Positions 16,396 through 24,764 of a stretch of DNA of 64,000 bases are shown one piece after another. The first letter of the stretch is position 1, and each line of letters begins with the position of its first letter. The DNA comes from Candidatus Sulfotelmatobacter sp. Its GTDB lineage: Bacteria; Acidobacteriota; Terriglobia; Terriglobales; Acidobacteriaceae. The notes beneath the pieces are model-generated. The model was not told the DNA's origin. It saw nothing but the letters and a program-made list of their open reading frames with translations, and did not search any database. The translations under genes were made by a program, and so were the position numbers. The DNA is taken from contig JBEKHS010000005.1 of assembly GCA_050012155.1 (NCBI GenBank), positions 21,117 through 85,116 on the forward strand, given 5' to 3'.

Positions 16396-17694
16396 ATGAA
16401 GAAAGAATCTCAGGTGATGGTGCGTCCAGCGCGCAACGTGCGCGGCAGCGTGAGTCTCCCTGGCGACAAATCCATTTCACACCGCTATGCCATGCTGGCG
16501 GGGATCGCCGATGGGTCATCGCGGCTGGAAAATTATTCGACTGGCGCAGACTGTGCCAGTACGCTCGGCTGCCTGCGCTCGCTCGGGGTAAAGTGGAAGC
16601 GCAGCGACGATGCCGACAACGTCATCGAAGTGCAGGGAAGCGGGATTTCGTTGACCGCTCCGACCAAGCCGCTGGATTGCGGCAACTCCGGTTCTACCAT
16701 CCGTATGTTGAGTGGAATTGTGGCGGGGCAGAAATTTTCCAGCGAAATGTCCGGCGATGAATCGCTCTCCCGCCGACCGATGGAGCGCGTGATCACGCCA
16801 TTGACAACCATGGGTGCTCAAATCACGTCGCAAAACGGCCGCCCGCCGCTGCGCATCACCGGCGCCAAACTGAAAGCTATCGACTACAAAATGCCAGTCG
16901 CCAGCGCGCAGGTAAAAACTTGCCTGTTGTTCGCCGGTCTGCTGGCCGACGGCGAAACCCGCGTTGAAGAACCGCTGCGCACGCGCGATCACGGAGAAGT
17001 GGCGCTCAGGGCCTTCGGCGCGCAACTCGATCGCAAGGGAAGCGAAATACGGATTCGCGGCGGCCAGCGTTTGCGCGGCATCGAAGCGCGGGTTCCGGGC
17101 GATCTTTCGAGCGCGGCGTTTTTTCTGTGTGCTGCCGCTCTTTTCCCCGGTTCGCAATTGACCGTTACGAATTTGCTGATGAATCCGACGCGCGCGCGCC
17201 TGCTCGATATCCTCGTGCAGATGGGGCTGCGCATTTCTTTTACGCAGTTGGAGGAACTCCACGGCGAACTGGCCGGCACGCTGCAAGTCGAGGGCCGACA
17301 ACTGAAAGGAGCAACCATCGCCGGCGCGGATACGGCCGCGCTGATTGACGAAATTCCCGTGCTCGCCGCGATTGCTCCCTACACCGAACAGGGAATCGAA
17401 GTGCGCGATGCGAAAGAGTTGCGAGTCAAGGAGTCCGACCGGATCGCATCGATCGCAGCCAATCTTCGGGCCATGGGCGCGCGGGTTGAGGAACGCGAGG
17501 ACGGCCTGCGAATCCCCGGAGGACAGTCGCTTCACGGCGCCGAACTCGAATCCTTCGGCGATCACCGCATCGCCATGGCCTTCAGCATCGCCGCTCTGCG
17601 GGCGCAGGGCGAAACCCTGATCCGCGGCAGCGAGTGCGCCGCCATCTCCTATCCCGCATTTTTTTCCACTCTGGAACAACTGGTGGAGCGCTAG
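16396..17694 (+). CDS. aroA: 3-phosphoshikimate 1-carboxyvinyltransferase (EPSP synthase)
   Basis: LPGDKSISHRYAMLA, LDCGNSGSTIRML, ELRVKESDRI and GDHRIAMAF motifs. Start chosen at the ATG at 16396 and is uncertain. Confidence 0.9.
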   Translation: MKKESQVMVRPARNVRGSVSLPGDKSISHRYAMLAGIADGSSRLENYSTGADCASTLGCLRSLGVKWKRSDDADNVIEVQGSGISLTAPTKPLDCGNSGSTIRMLSGIVAGQKFSSEMSGDESLSRRPMERVITPLTTMGAQITSQNGRPPLRITGAKLKAIDYKMPVASAQVKTCLLFAGLLADGETRVEEPLRTRDHGEVALRAFGAQLDRKGSEIRIRGGQRLRGIEARVPGDLSSAAFFLCAAALFPGSQLTVTNLLMNPTRARLLDILVQMGLRISFTQLEELHGELAGTLQVEGRQLKGATIAGADTAALIDEIPVLAAIAPYTEQGIEVRDAKELRVKESDRIASIAANLRAMGARVEEREDGLRIPGGQSLHGAELESFGDHRIAMAFSIAALRAQGETLIRGSECAAISYPAFFSTLEQLVER

Positions 17695-17832
17695 GCCGGT
17701 GATGCCGATTTTTCGCGGCTCTTCGCGACTATGGCTCCGTCCGTTGTGATAGAGTAATGCCCACGAATTGGCCGGGCTGTGGGCTCCGCGCCAACTCACT
17801 CGCCACGTCGAAATCCCCAGAAGGAGCTTGCC

Positions 17833-18243
17833 ATGGCTACCCTCCGCGACCTAGTGAAAGACCGCAAAGTTTACTCCATCGATGCTCAACGCACCGTGCT
17901 GGAGGCGGCGCGCTTGATGATGGAACAGAACGTTGGCGCCCTGCCCGTGCTGCGTAATGGAGAATTGGCCGGCATCTTTTCTGAGCGCGACATTATGAAT
18001 CGCGTGGTCGCCGCCGGGCGCCAGCCCGGCTATACGGCCGTGGCCGAAGTCATGACCGCCAACCCCCGCGCGGTTCACCTCGACGAAACCATCGAAGAGT
18101 GCCTTTTCATCATGCACGAATTCGGCTTTCGGCATCTCCCCATCGTCGAAGGCAAGGAATTGAAGGGACTGGTTTCGCTGCGTGACATTGTTTTGCGCCA
18201 GGCTGCCGAGCTCGATCGCCAGGCCCGGCGCGCAGCGTCGTGA
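17833..18243 (+). CDS. CBS-domain protein
   Basis: Two CBS motifs (GALPVLRNGELAGIFSERDI and RHLPIVEGKELKGLVSLRDI). AAGGAG precedes the ATG at 17833. Confidence 0.8.
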   Translation: MATLRDLVKDRKVYSIDAQRTVLEAARLMMEQNVGALPVLRNGELAGIFSERDIMNRVVAAGRQPGYTAVAEVMTANPRAVHLDETIEECLFIMHEFGFRHLPIVEGKELKGLVSLRDIVLRQAAELDRQARRAAS

Positions 18244-18311
18244 GTGCGGGCTTCGGCTTTCGGGCTTCGGCATCCAGGCTTCGGCATCCCGCCCGAGAGC
18301 CGGAGCTCTTG

Positions 18312-19073
18312 TTATGGTCGTTTCTGCAAGAGAAGTTCGCCCTTCTCGGGCGGCAATTTGAAGGGGAACTCAAAGATTTTGCCGTCCAGTGGCACACGCA
18401 GGATAAATTCCTCCTGGGGTTTCCATCCGCCCAGCCATCTGTTGCTGGTGTCGAAGAAGACCCATCCACTCACTTCGGGAGTCGCGCGGTCAAGATGCGC
18501 CGTGCGCAGGCTCCTGGTGCCGAGAAACTCGATTAATTCGCTGACCGATTTCTGATAGTCTTGCAGGCGGGCTTCGCGAACTTGCTTCTGTTCGGGATGC
18601 TTCGTCACTTCGCGCCTGGTCTCATCGTCTAGCGCGTCCGCGTCTGCCTGAATCTTTTCTGTGTAATCGTCCGGATCGAGCGAAGTCTGCACTACTTTGA
18701 AGTGCTTCATGAACTGCAAGGTGATTTCATCCGCGCTGGCATCCAGGCTGCCAGTTCCCCGGTAGCGGATGGTCAGGAAGACTCCAAAGATGGGCTCGAT
18801 GCGATGGCGGATGATCTGCACCTCGCGCGCATCTACGGCCAGTTCAATGCCCACATCTGCCGACCACAGGCCGTAGCGGTACTTGCCGTCGTCACCGCGT
18901 GAGAAGGTGCAGCCGGGCCGTTCTTCGTTCCAGCGCACGATCGGCAACGGCGCATTCTTATCGGGCTTGTCTGATGACCCATGCGGCGATGCGGAGACCG
19001 GCGAGCAAAGCACCACAGCGACGAATACTAATCGCAGTCCGAGACGACGCCATGCGCTATTCCGGAGCCACAT
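18312..19073 (-). CDS. Hypothetical secreted protein
   Basis: Signal peptide LRLVFVAVVLCSPVSA. 253-aa ORF without a competing frame. Confidence 0.6.
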   Translation of the reverse strand: MWLRNSAWRRLGLRLVFVAVVLCSPVSASPHGSSDKPDKNAPLPIVRWNEERPGCTFSRGDDGKYRYGLWSADVGIELAVDAREVQIIRHRIEPIFGVFLTIRYRGTGSLDASADEITLQFMKHFKVVQTSLDPDDYTEKIQADADALDDETRREVTKHPEQKQVREARLQDYQKSVSELIEFLGTRSLRTAHLDRATPEVSGWVFFDTSNRWLGGWKPQEEFILRVPLDGKIFEFPFKLPPEKGELLLQKRP

Positions 19074-19088
19074 GAATTCGAGCGTGCT

Positions 19089-20084
19089 TCAGTTGACTGC
19101 CACCATAACGGTAGTCGGAGTAGTAGTACTGGGCGCCGCACCGTTTTCGTCCGCACCCGTCAGCGTGAAGATGTAATTGTTCTTGGGAGTTTCCGCCCCG
19201 TTCAGAGTGCTCGTGGTTTGGCTCGTGAGATTGGTTCCATTGCACGCCGGCATCAGGAGGAAACCGCTGGCAATTGCCATGAGCAAGAGTACGCCGAGCG
19301 CGTTTCGTTTACGGCCGCCGCTTGCCCCGATTCCCGCAAGCGCCAGCCCCGGAACCAACAGACTCAGAGCATAGAAAATTCGCCGATTCCGGCGTTCAGT
19401 CGTAGTCGTAGTGGTGGCGGCCGCCCCGTAAGAGGTGATGGTCATCACAGAAGTGACAACGCCACTCGATGCCACCATCACCGTGGGCGGATCGAACGAA
19501 CAAGTCGGCGCCGCCGTCACGATTGGAGTAACCGAGAGGCACGACAGCGTGATCATGTGTCCGCTGTAGGTGCCGAGAGGCGAAACGGTTACCGTAGTCG
19601 TCGCCGTTTGGCCCGGAGGAATGGAGCCGGGGGTGGCGGTCGTAGGCAAAACCGAGAGCGCGTAATTTTCGGCGATGTCCGCCACGCCCAGGTACAGCGT
19701 GGCCGTCTGCGTGATTGAGCCGCTCGTGCCCGTGACCGTGAATTGATACGTCCCCGCCGTGGTGCCGTTCGAGGTGGTAATCGTGAGCGCCGGCTTCGCG
19801 GGTGGAACCTGGGAAGTCGGGCTGGGAGTGCAGACTGGCTCGCTGGTCGTGGCCGGCCCGGAGGCCACCGTACAAGTGAGGGCGACAGAGTCATCGAAGC
19901 CGTCGGTTGCTCCCAGGTTAATGGTTGCAGTTGCGGACCCGCCTGGATCGACTGAGGTTGGATAGAGCGCCGTCGTCGTGAGAGTAAAGCTCTGCCCGTA
20001 AGCCACGGACACCGACGCTGCCAGGAATGCCGGCAGCAACACACCAAAGAAAACACCGCGTATAACGTGCCTGGGTTTTACCAT
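19089..20084 (-). CDS. Surface protein with Ig-like Cys-pair domains and a C-terminal TM/lipobox/Ig cassette
   Basis: Start at MVKPRHVIRGVFFGVLLPAFLAASVSVAYG (signal peptide). Thr/Ser-rich beta domains. The C-terminal cassette is shared with the neighbouring gene. Confidence 0.7.
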   Translation of the reverse strand: MVKPRHVIRGVFFGVLLPAFLAASVSVAYGQSFTLTTTALYPTSVDPGGSATATINLGATDGFDDSVALTCTVASGPATTSEPVCTPSPTSQVPPAKPALTITTSNGTTAGTYQFTVTGTSGSITQTATLYLGVADIAENYALSVLPTTATPGSIPPGQTATTTVTVSPLGTYSGHMITLSCLSVTPIVTAAPTCSFDPPTVMVASSGVVTSVMTITSYGAAATTTTTTERRNRRIFYALSLLVPGLALAGIGASGGRKRNALGVLLLMAIASGFLLMPACNGTNLTSQTTSTLNGAETPKNNYIFTLTGADENGAAPSTTTPTTVMVAVN

Positions 20085-20259
20085 GAATGGATTGCAACTC
20101 ACTACCTTCGATTCCTCCAAGGGCGCAAAAGCTGCCTGAACCGGCCCGAAAGTGAGCCGCCTGCTGATCCAAGAAAAATGGAATGCGGCAAACCTCGGGA
20201 AGCGCCACACAGAATCTTAGACTAGAGTCGCTGATCGTGCCACTCTGTCGTTGCTGTCG

Positions 20260-20294
20260 AAAAAATAAGGCCGCCCCGGTGAGAGGCGGCCTTC
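20260..20294 (-). terminator. Intrinsic terminator downstream of the SBBP-repeat gene
   Basis: Minus strand reads AAGGCCGCC-tctcaccgg-GGCGGCCTT followed by ATTTTTT. Confidence 0.6.
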
Positions 20295-20318
20295 TCGGAT
20301 CTACCTGCTTAACTCAGC

Positions 20319-23114
20319 TTAGTTGACTGTGAGGGTTACCTGGGTCGACGCTGTCGTCGCATTTGCGTCCGTGCCAGTTCCCGTGATGGTGATCGTGTAA
20401 GAGCCGGCAGGTGTGCCCCCGCCACCTCCACCACCACCGCCGCCGCTACTGCCGCCACAAGCTGGCATTATGAACAGGGCGGCCATGATTATCCCGATCA
20501 TCACGAAGCCCAGGATTTTCTTGCGGCGTGAACGGGCGGAGCCGAAGCTCATCCCCACCAAAAACATGCCTGCGATGGGCAGCCACATTGCGTAGAAGAG
20601 CTTCCTCGGCGCGAACAACGCACTGCTGCTGCCGGTTGTCGTGATGGTCAGCGTGCTGCTGGCGCCGGATGTGGTCGGCGTTACCTGGTCGGGCGAAAAG
20701 CTGCTTGCGCTACACGCAGGTGGCGGCGACCCGCTCCCGGTCACGCTGCAACTCAGATTTACGGACGAATTGTATCCGTGGAACGACGTCAATGTGACCG
20801 TCGACATGCCAGAGCTTCCTGGCGCGACCGCGGCGGGAGTTGTGGCTGTGATGGTAAAGCTTGGTCCTTGCGCGTATTTGACCACAAAGGCATCGGTGTT
20901 GGTTCCGTAGGTGCCGCCACCGGTAAAGGGCGATTGAGTCGGGAAATTTGAGGAGGCGGTGTTTCCCGTGACGTAGATGTTGTTCATGTTGTCCACGGCA
21001 ATGGCACCGTAGTCGCCACCGTCGTCTTCATCCTGCGAGCCGCCTAAGTACGTGGAAAAAACCAGTTGCGAACCCGAAGAACCAATCTCGCTGACAAATG
21101 CGTCGTTACTGCCTCCATTGGCAGACTGAGTCGGGCTCGCGGTGGGAAAGTCGGAGGATGCGGTTTGGCCGGTTACGTAGGCATTATTTGTTGCGTCCAC
21201 TGCGATGCCCGCGCCTGTGTCGAACCCGCTACCCCCAAGATAGGTCGAGTACAAAAGCGCGCTTCCTTGCGGATTCAATTTCGTTACGAAGGCGTCAGTA
21301 TCGCCGCCGTAGGTGGACTGCAAGGCCGACTGGGTGGGAAAGTTCGACGATTCCGTCGTGCCCACGATATAAGCACCAGTGGAATCGACCGCAATGCCGT
21401 CGCCCGCGTCCGCGCCGCTGCCTCCCAGGTAGGTGGAATAGACGTACCCCGTACCCGTCGGGTTGATGACCGTTACGAAGGCGTCGGAAGTCCCGCCGGC
21501 AAAGGTACTGTATAGAGCCGAATGAAGCGGAAAGTCACTGCTCGATTCAGTAGAACCTGCTACGTAGGCGTTGCCGGAGGAGTCCACCGCAATGCCGCCG
21601 CCCACGTCTAGGCCACTGCCACCAAGGTAGGTTGAGTACACAAGAGTATCTGACGGACTCAGTTTGGTCACGAATGCATCGGAACTGCCACCTCCATAGA
21701 CATGCTGCAGAGTCGAAGAGGCGGTGCCCGGGAAGTCCGACGAGGCCGTGGATCCCGTTATGTAGGCCCCTGAGGAGTCGACCGCTACGCCGAGCGCGAC
21801 ATCCGCGCCGCTACCGCCAAGATAGGTGCTGTAAGTCAGAGCGCTGCCGTTGGGGTTGAGCTCAAACACGAACGCGTCGGCGTTGCCGCCGTAGCTGCTT
21901 TGATAAGCGGAGTGCAGCGGAAAGTTCGTCGAGGTCGTACCGCCGACCACAAACGCGTCACCGGAAGAATCCACCGCGATGCTGTTTGCACTCTCATCGC
22001 CGCTGCCTCCCACGTAAGTGGAGTAGATCAGGCTGGAGCCGTCCGCAGCTATTTTTGCGACAAAGACGTCGAACCCGCCGGCAGGCGTGTTGGGAAGGAC
22101 GCCGCCGACCACGGGGAAGTTTGTGGACTCCGTTTGCCCCGTTACGTATGCGTTTCCGCTACCGTCGGCGGCGATGCCATAACCATCGTCTTCCGCCGAG
22201 CCTCCAAGATAGTCTGAGTACGTGACCGAAGGATCGATCACCAGCTCGCGGCTGTGATCGTACTTGCCCAACTGAAAGCTGACTCGATTCTTCGCGTTCA
22301 GCAGGAATCGCGCTTCGACCGCTTCGCGCGCGCCATTTCGCTCCTGATAGGCGACGGGTTTGTGCAGCAGAACATTGCCCGCGGCGGAGGCGATTACCAG
22401 ACTGCCGGAGTCATCCGTCTTTATGCCCTGCGCGCCGGTGAAGTGAAAGCCGATCGGTGTAGGATTCGCACCCGCTGCCACGACGAAATCGAATTCGACC
22501 TGACGCTGGACACCGTGGAAGGCCAGATTTACGCCGGGATACACATCCTGATAAGAGACGCGAGCGTAGTGGGCCACATCGCTGCGCCATTTGCTCGGAT
22601 CGTTACCGATAAAGTAATTCGATGCTCCAGGCAGTTGGCCGCTGGCCTGAACCTTGGCCGACGAATTTGCGCCTGCAAGTTGCATACGCACCACGGCCGA
22701 CAAATCTTTTTGAACATCGTTTTTTTGAACAAGGCGATTCTGCCGAGCGCTCTTTGCCATGAAGTCAGAACGCCGAACTTTGGATGGCTCTGCCTGCAAG
22801 GAATGCAGCGCAAACACGGTATCGTTCGCCGTGAGGAACAATGTGTATCCGTTTCCCCGTGCCAGGTACTTGACTTGCGCGTCGGTTTGTCCCAGGTTCG
22901 GCTCAAAGGCAAGAGGAAGCGCAGCATAGCTGGCCTGGATTCGACTGCGGGCCGCGGGCGTAGCGATTGCCGCACGCGCAGGCAACGAAGTGGCTTGACC
23001 CTTGGCAGGGCGCCTTGCCGGAGATAGAGCAAGCAATGCGATAGCAACGATGGCTAAGAATGGAACGACGCAGAAAACACAGACCCATCCTTTTGAGGCA
23101 GCTGGTTTCGACAA
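20319..23114 (-). CDS. SBBP (beta-propeller) repeat surface protein with a C-terminal TM/lipobox/Ig cassette
   Basis: About 8 repeats of YSTYLGGSG.D.G.GIAVDSSGNAYVTG.T.S.DFP (SBBP pattern). N-terminal signal/TM segment. 931 aa. Confidence 0.85.
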   Translation of the reverse strand: MSKPAASKGWVCVFCVVPFLAIVAIALLALSPARRPAKGQATSLPARAAIATPAARSRIQASYAALPLAFEPNLGQTDAQVKYLARGNGYTLFLTANDTVFALHSLQAEPSKVRRSDFMAKSARQNRLVQKNDVQKDLSAVVRMQLAGANSSAKVQASGQLPGASNYFIGNDPSKWRSDVAHYARVSYQDVYPGVNLAFHGVQRQVEFDFVVAAGANPTPIGFHFTGAQGIKTDDSGSLVIASAAGNVLLHKPVAYQERNGAREAVEARFLLNAKNRVSFQLGKYDHSRELVIDPSVTYSDYLGGSAEDDGYGIAADGSGNAYVTGQTESTNFPVVGGVLPNTPAGGFDVFVAKIAADGSSLIYSTYVGGSGDESANSIAVDSSGDAFVVGGTTSTNFPLHSAYQSSYGGNADAFVFELNPNGSALTYSTYLGGSGADVALGVAVDSSGAYITGSTASSDFPGTASSTLQHVYGGGSSDAFVTKLSPSDTLVYSTYLGGSGLDVGGGIAVDSSGNAYVAGSTESSSDFPLHSALYSTFAGGTSDAFVTVINPTGTGYVYSTYLGGSGADAGDGIAVDSTGAYIVGTTESSNFPTQSALQSTYGGDTDAFVTKLNPQGSALLYSTYLGGSGFDTGAGIAVDATNNAYVTGQTASSDFPTASPTQSANGGSNDAFVSEIGSSGSQLVFSTYLGGSQDEDDGGDYGAIAVDNMNNIYVTGNTASSNFPTQSPFTGGGTYGTNTDAFVVKYAQGPSFTITATTPAAVAPGSSGMSTVTLTSFHGYNSSVNLSCSVTGSGSPPPACSASSFSPDQVTPTTSGASSTLTITTTGSSSALFAPRKLFYAMWLPIAGMFLVGMSFGSARSRRKKILGFVMIGIIMAALFIMPACGGSSGGGGGGGGGGTPAGSYTITITGTGTDANATTASTQVTLTVN

Positions 23115-23469
23115 GACGACCCTCCTGTGATGACACGTGAAACCCTAGTCGGGAAAAAAGCACTCGGCGGCGGGCAAAACTTGTGCCAGGAAATTTGAGC
23201 GCGCCTCACCAAGAGCCTGTCAGGTTGCAATTTTCTGCAGCTTATCCGCGAGTATGGAATGGAAACCCAGGGTTGTCAACGCAGTCCAAGATAGCAACTT
23301 AGGTACTGCCCGACGCAAGTTACTGAAGTTCCGGCGCGTGCGGAGAGGAAATTTTTGCGGCGAAATTGCCGCCGCCACTTCGGCGAGCAGCAGGCAGCCC
23401 ACCCCTCTCGATTCCGATACTCGCGCTTGACACTCGTCTCACTCTCTGCTGTAGTGTCCGCCAACCTCT

Positions 23470-23485
23470 GCGTTGAATTCAACGC
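23470..23485. promoter_or_regulatory. Perfect 16-bp palindrome GCGTTGAATTCAACGC, a candidate LacI-family operator
   Basis: Lies 31 nt upstream of the lacI-family start and downstream of a TTGACA hexamer at 23427. LacI-type operators are typically palindromes of 14-18 bp. Confidence 0.4.
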
Positions 23486-23515
23486 GGAGGGAAAGTGGTA
23501 GAGGGCAAGGCTTCG

Positions 23516-24562
23516 ATGGTTACCATTCGTGATGTAGCGAAGGAAAGCGGATTTTCTTCCACGACGGTTTCGATCGTTCTCAATGACGCTCCGCTGGCGC
23601 GCTACATCCCTCCGGTCACGAAGAAACGCATTGAACGGGCCGCGGAAAAACTTGGCTACCGTCCCAACCAGTTTGCCCGCTCTTTGCGCAGCAAGCGCAG
23701 TCACACCGTCGGCGTGATGGTGTTCGACATGACCGATCCCTACTGCACGCTGGTGCTGCGGGGCATCGAAAACACGCTCTACCAGGCTTCTTACCTGCCC
23801 ATCCTCACGGATGTACACAACGAACGCAGCCGCTTCGAGCGCTATCTCGAAATGCTGCTCGACCGCCGCATTGAAGGTCTGGTCGTCCTCGCCAACTGGC
23901 TTTTTCTTGACATCACTTTGCTCGCCGATCTGGAAAAAAGCGGAATCCCCACGGCTCTGATCGCGTTTGAACTGAAAGGCGATTCGATGAGTTCGGTGAT
24001 CGTCGACAACGAAGTCGGCGGCTACCTTGCGCTTGAGCACTTGTATTCTCTCGGCCATCGCAAAATTGCATTCATTCGCGGCCCCAAGGCATTGTCAGAT
24101 AGTTCGCCGCGTTGGCGGGGCGTGCGCAATTGCGCCAAGGCCTGCGGCCTGGAACTGGATCCGCGCCTAGTTGTCGACCTTCCCGAATCGCGCGACCCGA
24201 TTTCCAGCTTTGAGGCGGGGCAAGAACTCACCGCGGACCTGATCCGGAGGAAGCGCTCTTTCACCGCGATTCTTGCCTTCGACGACATGACCGCGTTCGG
24301 GGCCATCCGCGCCCTGGCGCAAGCCGGGCTGCGCGTTCCGAAAGACTGTTCGGTGATCGGCTTCGATGATGTGGCGGCCTCGGCTCTCTACACTCCGCCG
24401 CTCACAACCGTGCGCCAGCCCATGGAAGCCATGGGCGCGGACGCAGTCGGCATCGTTCTCGAAGGCATTCAATCTGTGCTCGAAAAACGCGAGGTGACCG
24501 CTCACCATCGAAAAGTTGCGCCCGAGTTGGTGGTGCGGGAGTCAACCCGCAGCCTGGAGTAG
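23516..24562 (+). CDS. LacI-family transcriptional regulator
   Basis: MVTIRDVAKESGFSSTTVSIVLN HTH, plus a periplasmic-binding-like fold (ILAFDDMTAFGAIRAL). Confidence 0.9.
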   Translation: MVTIRDVAKESGFSSTTVSIVLNDAPLARYIPPVTKKRIERAAEKLGYRPNQFARSLRSKRSHTVGVMVFDMTDPYCTLVLRGIENTLYQASYLPILTDVHNERSRFERYLEMLLDRRIEGLVVLANWLFLDITLLADLEKSGIPTALIAFELKGDSMSSVIVDNEVGGYLALEHLYSLGHRKIAFIRGPKALSDSSPRWRGVRNCAKACGLELDPRLVVDLPESRDPISSFEAGQELTADLIRRKRSFTAILAFDDMTAFGAIRALAQAGLRVPKDCSVIGFDDVAASALYTPPLTTVRQPMEAMGADAVGIVLEGIQSVLEKREVTAHHRKVAPELVVRESTRSLE

Positions 24563-24764
24563 GTTTGCGCGCGATACAAGTCTCGCGAAATCGGTTATCC
24601 GTTCGCGGTTCCGCAAGAAGTTCAGCAAGAAAATGATTAGGACGGACCAGCTTAACAGCGCCCCGGGAAACTTTTTTCCTTGACATGGGATGACCAATAA
24701 ACGCACTATTCATACGATTTAATAAACTTTTATCGGTTTGTGACTCAGGCTTGGGAGGCGGTTC

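Noticed and set aside
16516-17799. 427-aa ORF antisense to aroA
   Set aside because: It is a shadow ORF of the kind common in GC-rich DNA. The opposite strand carries unmistakable EPSP synthase motifs, while this translation is Arg/Ala/Gly-rich low-complexity sequence.
20415-20456. Gly10 run (GGSSGGGGGGGGGG) in the SBBP protein as a possible slippage or phase-variation tract
   Set aside because: The codons are heterogeneous (gcc/ccc/acc/tcc on the plus strand), not a homopolymer or a perfect short tandem repeat. It is more likely a flexible linker after the lipobox-like Cys.
23276-24058. 260-aa minus-strand ORF overlapping the LacI-family gene
   Set aside because: The plus-strand LacI HTH and sugar-binding fold are unambiguous, so this is an antisense shadow.
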